DNA of 64,000 bases from Eledone cirrhosa (lineage: Eukaryota). A program made the translations under genes and the position numbers. Shown piece by piece: positions 38,795-52,152 of the stretch (its first letter is position 1; the number at the start of each line of letters is the position of its first letter). The stretch covers positions 75,392,001 to 75,456,000 of the forward strand of contig OZ024741.1 of assembly GCA_964016885.1 (NCBI GenBank), written 5' to 3'. Under the pieces are notes generated by a model. That model ran no database searches. It was not told the DNA's origin and saw only the letters and a list, made by a program, of their open reading frames with translations.

Positions 38795-40542
38795 TAATAG
38801 CGCAACTAATCAGAGAGAGAATTGATCTAGATGAAATGCAGTTCGGGTTTGTATCAGGCAAAGGTACCACAGACACTCTTTTCATTGTACGACAACTACA
38901 GGAGAAGTACCTAGCTGAAAGTAAACCCCTATACTTAGCTTTTGTCGACTTGGAGAAAGCCTTCGACAGAGTCCCCCGTTCCATTATCTGGTGGGCTCTT
39001 AGAAAACTAGGTGTTGAGTGTTGACGAATGGCTTGTGAGAGCTATACAAGCCATGTATAAAGAAACAGTCAGCAAGGTTAGAATTAACAACGAATATAGT
39101 GAAGAGTTTAGCGTAAAAGTTGGTGTTCATCAGGGCTCTGTTCTTAGCCCCCTACTATTTATTATTACCCTTCAGACTATAACAGGGGAGTTCAAGACCG
39201 GCTGCCCATGGGAACTCCTATACGCAGATGATCTAATGCTCATCAATGGCCGAGCTAGAGAAGAAATTCCAAACATGGAAGCACGGCCTAGAATCAGAAG
39301 GCCTTAAAATTAACCTCGCTAAGACTAAAGTTCTAGTTTGTAGGAAAGAAAATAAGGCGCCGGTGCCTTCCGGGAAATGGCCATGCTCAGTGTGTAGGAA
39401 AGGCGTAGGTAGAAACTCCATTTTATGTCCCAAATGCAAAGTATGGCTGCATAAAAGATGTAGTGGGATCACAGGTAAGCTAACTAAGAACATAGATTTT
39501 ACATGTGGCCGGTGCTCTGGTGCAATAAGTAGCAGCAAGTGCCCACAGAATACTAGCTCACTCCATTGCACAGATGGTTCTATAGAAATAGTGGACAGCT
39601 TCCGTTACCTGGGTGACAAAATCAGCAGTGGGGGAGGGTGCTCTGAAAGTACAGTAGCTAGAGTCAGAACTGGTTGGAAAAAGTTCAGAGAGCTTATACC
39701 ACTATTAGCCGCTAAAGGGTTCTTCCTAAAAATGTATGATGCCTGCATACGAACAGCAATGTTGCATGGCAGTGAGACCTGGGTATTGTGTGCAGAGGAT
39801 ATACGCAGACTAGAGAGGAACGAAGCTTGCATGCTCCCCTGAATGTGTAATAGTAATATATGTGAACGGCAAAGCATAAATGAACTAAGGGAAAAATTAG
39901 AAATAAGAGGGATCAGATGTAGTTTACTCGAGAGAAGGCTACGTTGGTATGGTCACGTGATGCGTATGAAAGACGACAGCTGTATAAAAAAGTGCAGGAC
40001 AATAAAGATAGATGGTAGCCATGGAGTAGGCAGACCCAGAAAAACCTGGGACGACCTCATAAATTCCGACCTCACACACTTACACCTCTCCAAGACAATG
40101 TCACTGGACCGAGATCTTTGGCGGTACTCAGTAATAGAGAAAACCCGCCTTACCTAAATACAAAGTAAACCTACTACAGTCAGTAGGCATCTAACAAAAT
40201 ACACCCCCGTCCCACCACCCCCACCCCATCCACACCGCCCCTTTCAATGTAAAGTTATGTTGGTGCCACAACATCCAGGCCGAAACAAATGAGATCGTGT
40301 AGGTGTCATGACAAAAAAAAGACACAGTCCACGCTGTAATGTGGCCGTGTAGGCAACACGGTAAAAACCTCCCAGTCCCACACTGTAAATGTGGTTGGTG
40401 TTAGGAAGGGCATCCAGCTGTAGAAAACCTGCCAGACAGTCCTATGCGAGCAAGACAACCACTCTTGCCTCAAGTGGGGAAACTCCCATCCAAACCCATG
40501 CAAGCGTGGAACATGGACGTTAAACGATGATGATGATGATGA

Positions 40543-40545
<3 letters not shown>
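38790..40545 (+). mobile_element. Young 5'-truncated RTE LINE with frameshifts
   Basis: ORFs 38836-40157 nearly identical to the 524-aa RT; (GAT)n tail; both ends in (TA)n. Confidence 0.95.
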
Positions 40546-40584
<39 letters not shown>

Positions 40585-40600
40585 TCATCATCATATGATG

Positions 40601-40670
<70 letters not shown>

Positions 40671-40672
40671 TA

Positions 40673-41005
40673 TGTGGTTAGAGCATTGGCCTTGCAATCG
40701 AAAGGTTGTGAGTTCAATTCTCAGACCGGGTGATGTGTTGTTTCCCTGAGCAAGACACTTTATTTCATATTGCTCCAGTTTACTCAGCTGTAGAAATGAG
40801 ATGATAGGGACTGGGGTCCATATCATTCCACTGCAAAGTGGTCGTGGAGGTGCCACGGCAAAAAAGCACCCAGCACTCACTGTAAATGAGGTTGGTGTTA
40901 GGGAGGGCATTTAGCTGTAGAAATCAAGCCAGAATCAGTTCCCGTCCCACCCTTGCAAGCAGGGAAAAGCAGACGTAAAATGCTGATGATGATGATGATG
41001 ATGAT
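40673..41005 (+). mobile_element. Composite SINE: tRNA head/core (family B) plus RTE-derived 3' tail
   Basis: B-box gagttcaattc, gagcaagacactttatttc, then cactgcaaagtggtcgtggagg...ggagggcat...(GAT)n shared with the RTE UTR at 13290-13534. Confidence 0.85.
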
Positions 41006-41454
41006 AATATGTGTGTGTGTGTATGTGTGTGTTATGACAAGTCAAACAATAGGAAGATGTATAGCTTCAAACAAAACCAAGGCACATATCTGCTATATTA
41101 GCACAAGAATGAACATCAATTAGAATGACATACACACACATACACATATATATGTATATATTTCTAATCAAGAGAGCAAGCTATTGGAACAAAGTGTAAT
41201 ATAAACAACACGAATATTGTGTTAGAAAATACAATATTTGTATGAAGACAAAATATAAGGCATAAACAAATACCTGAATGAAATGGAAGTTTTCCATCAA
41301 TGTTTGTTATCACAAAAATACATTGTATACCTATGTTTGCCTAAATAACAATTCCATTAGCAAACAGAATCATGCAAATATTGTTTCCTGTTTGGCTAAC
41401 TATAAAATCCATGCAATGATGGAAGGATACGTTGTCTATGCATTTTCTCAATAG

Positions 41455-42500
41455 TTTTAGCAAGACATGACCACAGCATCAGTAACAGCAGCTCAAAGTG
41501 TGCTCTTTCAGATCAACAATGAAAAGACAAAAGTGATGATTATTTGGAGCGAGATAGCAGTGACCAGTCAAATTGGAATAGTCAGACTCTTAAAGAAACA
41601 GTATCAAGTGTACTATTGGTGTTGACTAACCAAGTGGGTATCTATGTTAAACCTGCAAAGAAATTACAGCAAAATTCCCTTCAAATCACACCCTACCACT
41701 TTTATAGAGGATACATCATCAGATAATAGGGTCATGTGTTTTAAGTGTCTTTGCATAAAATAAAAAGACTGTATAGTTATGCATTATTTGTACTTTGCAA
41801 GTGTGTCAGTGTTCACTCAGGACGGGTTGAACCAGCTTCAACCAATGATTCTACAGCATTGTGAACAGAGGCCATCCATACATGGCAATCACAGACAATC
41901 TACATATACAGAACTTTGTATGTGCCTTGGCTGATAGAGGAGTTGGACCATACAAGCTTCAGGTGCTGAAAGACAACTGCAACTTTGCCAATTCTCTTCA
42001 ATTGCCATCTTTAGAAAGGACTCCATCTAGGTATGCAAAGATGTCAAACAGCTGGACTAGTTGCTGCTGTGCTTCTCGAATAAGTATCTCTTTTGTCTTT
42101 TCATTGCTAATCTGAAGATCAGCCATTGATCTGATGTTGCTATGACTAGCAGTTATATCCTGCATTACCATAGATGTGATACTAAAGAATCCCAGATCAT
42201 CAGTGAAGTTAAAGTCTATGAGGATGTTTGCTGGATCCCCCATGGACATCCTCGTGATTCATCACTAACAGAAATGGAAAGGGGCATAGTACACATCCTT
42301 GATGCACCACAAGAGTTCCTATAACAGAATGATTGCATGATGTTGAGGTAGCAAGTATGCACTCTGAACAGCTTGACAATCTTCCATAGAGATTCACTGT
42401 ACACACTGTCAGAGGCATTCTCAAAGTTGAGGAAGCAATGGGTACACACAGGCACAGACACATACCAAGCTTCTGCAGTTTCTATCAACCAAATTCCCCT
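41455..42500. mobile_element. Old RTE-type RT remnants (plus ~41455-41610; minus ~41990-42500)
   Basis: INNEKTKVM; minus strand FLNFENASDSV, VHQGCVLCPFPF, FTDDL, ISNEKTK. Confidence 0.7.
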
Positions 42501-43040
42501 CACATGGCTATAGTAGAAGACACTTATTCAAGATGCTACTACCTGGGAGTGAACCTGAAACCACATAGTTGCAAAGCAAGCTCCTTAATCACAAGATTTT
42601 GGTGCTCGTATTTATTTCTAATATGTATATATATATAGAGAGAGAGAGAGTGGACTAAATTGTACACAGGGTAAGAAGATGTTAAATGACAATATATATA
42701 TATATATATATATATTATCATTATCATCATTTAACATCCGTTTTCTCAGTATTTATATTTATATATGCACACAGAGCAGTCCAACCCATGGAAAATCATA
42801 TGATGATGATATTGAAGAGGACACATGCCCATATATACATAGACATATATATTTATAGATACATAAGTTATGGTTGTCAAGTCACTATAAGTTATGTATT
42901 TATAAATAATATATTTGTATGTATATAAGGGTATGTGACATATACCCTATATACATGCATTCACATATATATTTAGAGATACATAATTTATAAATTACAG
43001 CTATGTTAGTAGTGTTTGTTTTGATGTTATAATGTAATAA

Positions 43041-43175
43041 TTGTTTCTACGTTAGGCACAAGGCCAGCAATTAACCAGTGTATTACTGGTACTTTATTTT
43101 ATCGACCCCGTAAGGATGAAAGGCAAAGTTAACCTCGGCGGGATTTGAACTCAGAATGGCAAGGGCCATAACTCT
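43041..43175 (-). mobile_element. 5'-truncated SINE (family A)
   Basis: Family A central and 3' sequence. Confidence 0.88.
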
Positions 43176-43443
43176 AATAATGCACTACAGGATAACTCTA
43201 TTGATTTTAGGTATTGTATTAAATTAAGATTAATTTACACATGCAATGTTGACTGGAATCTATAGTTTTATTGTGTAGTTATTATCACACACAAACACAC
43301 ACACACATATATATATATATTCATTTTTTCCCGTTCTTTGCCAGGGAACGTTTCCACGAACCAAAGTATCGTCTCCCTGTCTTCATCCGGTTGCAACGTT
43401 TTTTTCAAAATATCCACTTCTGCGTTTACAGATTGACTTTGTT

Positions 43444-43494
43444 AGTTTCAGAAGATCCCGCTAAGGGTGAAAGCAGCGATTCTTTGCTTAAACT
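43444..43494 (+). ncRNA. Hammerhead-like motif with full stem III and one core substitution
   Basis: AGTTT-CAGAAGA-tCCCgctaaGGGt-GAAA-GCAGcgattctTTGC-TT-AAACT, then AATAAA and (TA)n; module 43325-43514. Confidence 0.55.
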
Positions 43495-43530
43495 TTAATC
43501 TGTTATTTAATAAATATATATATATATATA

Positions 43531-45145
43531 GCCTTCGACCGCCCCCTCCCCCACACTTATCCCCCACTAACACCACTAACACACCCCTCCTTTTCACCGC
43601 CCATCCCACAACTAACAATACTAACACCTCCACTCCACCCCTCATCCGACCACCCTTCCCCAACTAACATACTAACATCCCTCCTTTCTTCTCCTCCTCC
43701 CCCCCTCCTTATCACACGCACACACCCACCGGCACATATATACACGCGCTCACACTAAACACACACCCTACTACCACCACTAACCCTCACCCCACACCTC
43801 CATCCCACCACCCCGCAACTAACCTCACTAACACCCCCTGACCCCAAGCACACGAACACACGCACCCACTTACACCACCCACCCCACACGCAACTAACAT
43901 CACTAACACCCCCAACCCCACGCACACGTACCCACACACCCTCGAACACCACCAACTCTACACACCCTACCACCACTAACCCCCACTCACACCTGCATTC
44001 AACCCTTCCCCACCTCCCGTATACTAACACCCACTAACACCCCCTTCATCAAACTACACACACACCAGTACACCACACTCCCTCCATAGAACTACACACA
44101 CCCTTCTCTCCCCGCTCCACCCACACCCTCGCTCCACACTCACTCATCCCACTAACACCTCTACTAATACACACACACACACCCTCCTCACTCCCACTTT
44201 CACACCTACCCATCCTCGCCCCTTTACCATTCCACCGACTGCTGCTATGCCCACTGACCACCTCCCAGCACAAACAGACACACAGCACTCCCACCGCTTG
44301 ACCACTTCCTGTTGCGCGCGCACCCCACATCTCTCCTCTTCCGACCATCTCTTCATGGAATACTCGTATGTGGAACTTGACCACCACAGAATCCACTAAA
44401 CATCATAGGATTTTACCAACATTTCAACCATCCTCTTACGGAATCACCTATATAACTCACCCACACACACACCCCAAAAATGTTTTTCTCCCACACGCCA
44501 CCTACACCCACAACACGCTTAAACCCCCCACACACACGTGCTTTCCACCACATATTTACACCCTCAGCCTCCTGATTCCTCTCCCCCCCCCCCCACCCCT
44601 CTATCCACACACGCACAGACACTCCAACCTACAACCCCCGACACACACACACACACTTCTTCCTGAACATGCAACCCCGTTCTTCCCCCAACCCTTACTT
44701 TCACATACACACACACACACACGTACACCTACACACACACACCACCTTCAGCCCTCCCCGCTCGGACACCCCGTCTCCCTCTCCCCACTTCACCCTCCAC
44801 CGCCCCTACACACCCCACACCCTTCCACCACCTGTTTTACCCCTTTTTAATTTCAGTTTATTTTGATCATGCTTTTATATTTAATTTTATTTCATTCCTT
44901 GTATTTTGATCATGCTTTATTTTTACTTTTATTTTTAATTTCATTCGCACCGTTTCCTTTCGCTATATGTCTCTCCACCACTCCCCTACACACCCTTTGA
45001 ACTCTGTTCCCACACACTTCTCACCTGAGGAAGGGCTTATGCCCGAAACGTCGTTTCCCACCACCACCCCACTCTCCAGAGCGTGAAATTAATAAACATT
45101 CGTTGTACTGCCTCTCTGTTTTGTTCCTGTTCAAATTTTTCCATT
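43531..45145 (+). mobile_element. C/A-rich, G-poor element ending in hammerhead + AATAAA (probable PLE 3' region)
   Basis: (TA)n on both sides; recurrent CACTAAC motifs; hammerhead core 45025-45052; AATAAA 45091-45096. Confidence 0.55.
45021..45055 (+). ncRNA. Minimal hammerhead motif (PLE type)
   Basis: CTGAGGA-A-GGGC-TTAT-GCCC-GAAA-CG-TC; intact cores and stem II, weak stem I. Confidence 0.7.
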
Positions 45146-45255
45146 ATATATATATATATATATTGTTATACTTGGGGAGGGTCATATTTGTGTAATATTG
45201 CCAGAATTAATAACAGAATTCATATAAAAAACCTCACAAAACTAATTCATCACCG

Positions 45256-45311
<56 letters not shown>

Positions 45312-45542
45312 ATGTGTGTATATAAATAATATATATATATGTATATACAACATTTACGAATGCTTACAATCGCAATGACTTTGATCTCAAGCAATATTCA
45401 ACTCACCATAAATATAAATAGGCACAGGCTTGGCTGAGTGCTGAAAGAGTTTGCTTCATAACTACATAGTTTCAGGTTCAGTTCCATTGTGTAGCATATT
45501 GGGAAAATGTCTTTTATTATAGCACTAGCTTGACCAGTGTTT

Positions 45543-45886
45543 CATCATCATCATCATTATCATCATTTTACGTCCGCTTTTCCCTGCTTGCAAGGGTGGG
45601 ACGGGAACTGATTCTGGCTTGATTTCTACAGCTGGATGCCCTTCCTAACACCAACCTCATTTACAGTGAGTGCTGGGTGCTTTTTTGCTGTGGAACCTCC
45701 ATGACCACTTTGCAGTGGAATGATAGGGACCCCAGTAACTATCATCTCATTTCTACAGCTGAGTAAACTGGAGCAATGTGAAATAAAGTGTCTTCCTCAA
45801 GGAAACAACGCATCACCTGGTCTGAGAATTGAACTCACAACCTTCGATTGCAAGGCCAATGCTCTAACCACTAAGCTGTGTGCCTC
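45543..45886 (-). mobile_element. Composite SINE (same as 40673-41005), inverted
   Basis: High-identity reverse complement of 40673-41005. Confidence 0.88.
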
Positions 45887-46189
45887 AGTAAGAGAAATTT
45901 AGTAGATAGATAAAGCAGAAACCTGTGTGCATGTCTGTAACTTAGCATTTTCAGAAAAAGAGACCAATAATATAAGTATCAGACAGAAAAAAGTAAGGAC
46001 TGGGGTCGTAATAATTGACTACGTCCCTTATTTTATCATGGCTGCATATTAATGGTTGAAACCAGCAAATGAATAAGAGAATAAAAAGAAGTATTTTATA
46101 GTTGATTAAATCACCAAAACTCCTCCTCCAGCAATGGTATTCTTTCAAGCTACGTAAATAAGAATACAGAAAAAAAAAAAGAATATAGT

Positions 46190-48860
46190 GCATGCATTGG
46201 AGAAGGTAGCCAATATCAACTGCCTGTCCTCTACAGTGAGTGCCACAATATCTGCATAATCAGCAGACAGGCACTCCCTGAGAAGAGTGCCGAATGTTTT
46301 GGACCTGGTGTTAAAAGATCTTTGATTTGCCAGAGGTTCTAAACCACAAGTATACAACGATTTCAAAGTTTTGGAAGGCAGCACAGCAAAGTAGATGGAA
46401 AACAGAGTTGGTGCAGATATGTTGCCATGCTTGACACCATTTTCCACTGATATTGGTTCTGAAAGTGTCCCATTGAAGTACACTTTTTCTTTCATATATT
46501 GATGGAGCTTTTTTACTATTCCAACAAATTCAGGAGGGGATCCAGGTTTCTCCAATATGACCCACAATGCACTACGACTACGATTAACAGTATCAAAAGC
46601 TTTGATAAGGTTCACAAATACTTAGTACAGTGGCACTCACTGTTCAACACACTTCTCCATAAGCTGACAGGCTGAGAAAATCATGTCTATAGTACCCCGC
46701 TCAGCTCTAAATCTACACTGGGTCTCAGCGATAGCACCAGGGCAGTTCCATTTTATTACATGACTCAGCAAGACCTTGGATAAAACTTTTCCGACCGATT
46801 CAGACTTATATCACAATAATCATCGCATTCCAGCTTGGAACACTTACCCTAGTAAATTGACAGTAAAATTGCATATACCCAATCTTGTGGGACAGGCTCA
46901 TCATGCCATACAGATAAAACTAATCCATGAATGGTCATAGTAACACTGTCTCCTCCAAAACAGATCAGTTCAACAGGTATTCCATCCAAACCTGAAAATT
47001 TCCCTAAGTTTATCTCTTTGACAGTAGACCTTATCTCATCAATGGTTGAACCATTCATCATCTCTGTTACAGTATCCTTTTGTAGCAGTCCATTAATAAT
47101 TTCTTCATCAACTACAGTTGAGTTATCAAACAGATCTTTAAAGTGTTCAGTCCACCGACTCATGATTCCTATTAGATCTTTAATGGTACCACTTTTGAAG
47201 GTTGGGGACCAAAATCTTACCTGATTGTACTGTATAATGCCTTCAAGTCTCTGCAGTTATAAACATCTCAGATTTTTAAACTTTTCAGTTTGAAAACATC
47301 TATACATTTTGGTACTAGTACTCCTGCTGCCCTCACTTTTCTTCTAATCTGCACTTGCATCTTGCCACATACAAGTTTGTGGTCTACACCACATTTTGCA
47401 CCTCACATTACTCTTGCAAAGCAGATATCCAGAAGATCTCTCTTCCTGGTGATGATATAATTCATGAGGTGACCAAGTTTTGTTCTCAGGTGTATCCATG
47501 TTACCTTGTAGATCTCCTTTTGCTGAAAAAAAGTCTTGCACATGACCAGCTCAAACTCAGTGCATATTTGCAAAAGGAAAAGAAAATTGCCATGACATCC
47601 TAAAATACTCTAGATGTGGTCGTCCTTTCCCACATATGTATTGAAATCTCCAAAAAACAAGATCTTGTCCAAATGTGGAATCTATGTTATACATCCTTAT
47701 AAATCTTGGTAAAAGCCATGATTGATTCCTGGCTACTATCCAGTGTAGGGGCTTACATTGAAATGATAGCCATGAAAGAGGAACTCTCAGATACATAATT
47801 CGATCAGCAATGCCTTGTGGTTACTCCACCCACTTTGTAACCTCTGTCCAGAAAGCAAAATCTACTTCTCCATTCCTTTTTTTCACCATTTGATTTCCCT
47901 TTCCAAAAGAATGTATAGCCAGCACACCTCTGTGTTAAATGGTCTTCACCACTATGATGAATTTCAGAAAATGCAGCTATATCTATTAAACCTGCTCCAT
48001 TCTTTGCATTCTGCTTTTCTGGATGATTCCCTGTCAAGAAGTGTTCTAATATTCCATGTAGTAACATTCAATGTAATTCTATACTTTTGAAAATTCTTCT
48101 GAAAATTACTATTCTTCTTCTTGTTTTTCTTGCTAGTATGAACAGCCATCAGCCATAGGTAGCTGACCGGCTTGATGGTGGAACAAACAGTGTTTGGGCA
48201 CTTTTTTTAGACCTCTCCAAGATTTGGATGAGCAGTGTTCTCTGTTGAGAGGGTTGCTCAGTCACAAAAGACTCTACCCAGTCCAGTTCCTATTCTGAAA
48301 AGTGGCAATGATGTTAGATAAGCCTTAAACCACCTGTGAGTAGATTAGCAACTGTATACCTCCAATTTGTATATGTCACTGCTTCCTCATTGCCATGGAG
48401 ATCAAAGTAGCATGTGCTTATCTACACACTTACTGCTCTCTAAGTATCAACAGTCAGAATCCAATGACAAGCAGATGCAAGACGATTGGTAGCTGTATCA
48501 AGCACATGGTTTTCCAGATAAATAAGTAAGATAAAAGAATTATTCAAAAGTTTAAGAGATAAATTTTTTTTTAAATGAATAAAATAATAAAAATGTATCA
48601 TACACACACACGTGCAAACAATCCCACACACACTCACATATATTTATTTACACACCCACATAATATATACATATGTACATACTATTGGATGGCCATTCCT
48701 CTGCCCTTTGTCAGGTTTTGTTTTTATCTTGCAGGGTGTCCAAAATCACCTTTCTCACCAAGCAAACTTGGTGAGGCTGCTAGTTTAGTCACCAACGACC
48801 TGACCATGCGACAGGTTATGCTCGGTTACATGTAACTAGTGCCACCCAGGAGCTACCTGA
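46190..48860 (-). mobile_element. Degenerate RTE (BovB-like) LINE: 5' UTR, EN and RT
   Basis: TWNIRTLLD, IDIAAFSE, YTFFWKG (47800-48150); RWTEHF, GLDGIPVE, VPQDW (46850-47165); KAFDTVNR, GVKHG..APTLFSIYF (46200-46615); putative 5' UTR pieces up to 48860. Confidence 0.85.
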
Positions 48861-48865
48861 TCATA

Positions 48866-49009
<144 letters not shown>

Positions 49010-49069
49010 CATTCATGTCTGAGTGTAAGACCTCTATCTGCTCCATCAACAAGTGTCACAGTTGCTTGA

Positions 49070-49323
49070 ACAATAGAACTACCTGCTCATGAAATTAAAA
49101 TACAAATTGCTGAACATTCCACATAAACACATGCATGATTAACATGGTTCTCAGAAATCTTCAGCATGACACAGTGTTTGCAAGGCTGGCCCTTTGAATT
49201 ACATATACCACTTATTTTTTCCAGCTGAGTGGACTGAAGCAATGGGTAATAAAGTGTCTTGCTCAAGGACTCAATGCACCATCAGGAATTGAACACACTT
49301 TCACCATGAAGCCACTCACCTTC
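49070..49323 (-). mobile_element. SINE (family B) degenerate copy; related fragments at ~50930-51170 and ~55605-55720
   Basis: caaggctggccctttgaattac...ccagctgagtggactg...aaagtgtcttgctcaagg. Confidence 0.7.
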
Positions 49324-50168
49324 ATCTACATACATACACACTCACACATAAACACAAGCTCACACATACATATACACTCACACATAAACACACACTTACA
49401 CATACACATACACACAGTTTCTTATGTAATTTCTCTAAACCTACTTCCAATTCTTTTGTCCAAAGCTTGATGATGGGATCGTTCATCGGTTTTGATGCGG
49501 AGCATTCTCTCATTTGATCTAATGGACAACCAGCTCATAAAATTATGTGTAAGTGGTTCAGTATTCCACAGGTATATGTACACATATCACTTCTTCCTTT
49601 GTTTTTGAAAATTGTGATATTTCCTGTTGATTATTTCCATTATTTATTGCTGTTCAACATGTTTCCTCTGGAGGTACATCCTTCTCTCAACATCTTTTTT
49701 TATTTCTATTCACCCCCTCCTTTGATCTTCACTATTTTCTCTGTTCTACTCTCACTCTATTCCCAACCATCAGAAAATCAAACATTCTGACAAAAGTTTC
49801 TGCTGCTTGTAACGTCTGACTTTTCCGCTTCTTCACATTAAACCGATATATCCCACCTTTTGACCTGCTTATTATAATGAACTTTGAACAATCATAGGTT
49901 TGGCTAAATATAATTCTGAACTTTGAACCCCCTTTCCAATCACAGGTTCTGCTAAATATAACCAACCGATAATGCAAGCGTTGTTTCTAGAGAACATTTA
50001 ATATTCTCTATTTTCTCTAAGCTCTATCGATTGATAGGAAGTTTCCCGTAAAATCAATAAAATATCTTTAAGATATTTTTAACAGCTGTGCTGGATCAAC
50101 AAGAAAGAAAGTAGTAGTTTTATAAGAACCATCAAAGAGATTTCTGGTTTTACGTTGTTACTGTTTAG

Positions 50169-50275
<107 letters not shown>

Positions 50276-50766
50276 AGAAAATTATTGAACATATTTTAAA
50301 AGCTTATAAGTTTTTTAAAGAGATTTTTCCACTATTCTCAAAATGTTATATTTGGTTTTTTTTTAATATAAACAGATTTTAGACAAGTAGAAATCTTTTA
50401 TGCAGAACTAAACTGTGCTTAAGGAAAGAGGATAAGTATATTAGATGTAGAATATTTGTAATGTTTTAACAGCAAATTATTTTTTGTTATATTGTATTCC
50501 TTTTAGTCACATACATGTGCATGTGTACACAGATACACACTTTAGAACTGAAATTCACATATTATTGTAATAATTTATTTTATAGAATATCATATGCATA
50601 ATTACATTTAAATGCATTCATATATAGATACATACATACATATATATGTATGTATGTATCTGTGTCTGTGTGTGTGTGTGCATGTGTACCTATTATTATA
50701 GGCACATGGAGCTATGTAAAACTGGGAAATCCTGGTAACTTCCTAGAAAGCAGTAAGCAAACTGAC

Positions 50767-50844
50767 CTGCATTCTTCAAATCCAAACAATTAGCAATACT
50801 TTCAAGATTTGTAAGACTTTCCAAAGATTCTCTATTTGAATTTC
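50767..50844 (-). CDS. Candidate 78-bp internal exon (phase 1-1) of an unidentified host gene
   Basis: Acceptor tttatttcag|G, donor CAG|gtcagt; open frame NSNRESLESLTNLESIANCLDLKNA; no resemblance to the repeats in this window. Confidence 0.45.
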
Positions 50845-51409
50845 CTGAAATAAATGTATATGCACAGAACTACATGTCAACATATGACACTCACATACAT
50901 GCACACAAAACTACCTACTAGTTAAATTAACCAGCTGAGTATTCTATAAACTTATGTATTCTTAATGTGATTCTCAGCCAGAATAGCATAATGTGACAAG
51001 ACTAAACTTTTGAATTGCAAGTATGGCTTCTACACATTTGCTGTCTATATAATAGTTAAATTAATTGGTTGAGTATTCCACCAACACCTGCACTTTTAAT
51101 GCAATTCTCAGTTAGAATCAGTATGATACAATATGTGACACAGCTGGACTTTTGAATTGCAGGTAAAGTACAATCTATCCAATGGGCTTCCATGCAATTT
51201 CCCTCTACCCTATTTCACTGACAAGGCTTAGGTTGATCCAATACTATGCTAAAGTATCATATACAATATTCCACATTGTAGGATTAAACATGATTCAAAG
51301 CAAATTTCTTAATTACTCAATAATGTCTACTGTTATTAACATGCAACATGAGGAAGGTTTGGCTATTTCTAGCATATAACAGCACAGTTGTAGTCTGTTG
51401 AATTACAAC

Positions 51410-51692
51410 CAGAGGCGTAACTAGGGTATGGCAAGCATGGCACATGCCATGGGCATCACATGTACTAGGAGCACATTCTATTAAAGTCAAATAAGCCTCA
51501 TCGTAGGGTGAAAAAAGAAACTCCTTCAGATGTATGATCTGTTTCTGATTATCATGGGCAAGAACACTATGGTAGTTGGATCATTAAACCATTTATATAA
51601 ATTATTAGACCCATAGGTAAAAATACAGTGCTGGGCAGGGGTGCAATTTCACTGCTTGCCATAGGTATTAATTTTCCCTAGTTATGCCTCTG
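51410..51692. mobile_element. hAT-like MITE
   Basis: 17-bp TIRs CAGAGGCGTAACTAGGG / CCCTAGTTATGCCTCTG; imperfect 8-bp TSD attacaac / attgcaaa. Confidence 0.75.
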
Positions 51693-52152
51693 ATTGCAAA
51701 TTACAGTTGTGTCAGTGAAATCTATTCAAATATTTCATATATCAGTTGTCAGAAATGTTGTCCAGAGATAAACTTGACAATTTTTATCAAAGTGATATTG
51801 ACATATATCACATCATCATTACGATATCAGCTGTTCTAAGAATTGGGCAATAATAATTATATAATTACTTTTCAATCATATTTGTTCGACTATATAACAT
51901 TGCCTGACGTTTTCAATTAACATCATCATTATTTAATGTCTTTTTCTAGAAAGTTATTAATATATATGTGTGTGTGTGCATATATACATATATGTGTATA
52001 TAGTAATAGGAAATACGTTCCTTCACGCACAAGGCGCCAAGGTACGCATGTATTGTCCAACCAAATGCCAGTGTGGTTCAATGGCGGGTTAATAAATTAA
52101 CGAGCCAGAACAAATTATATATATGTGTGTGTGTGTGTGTATATATATATGT

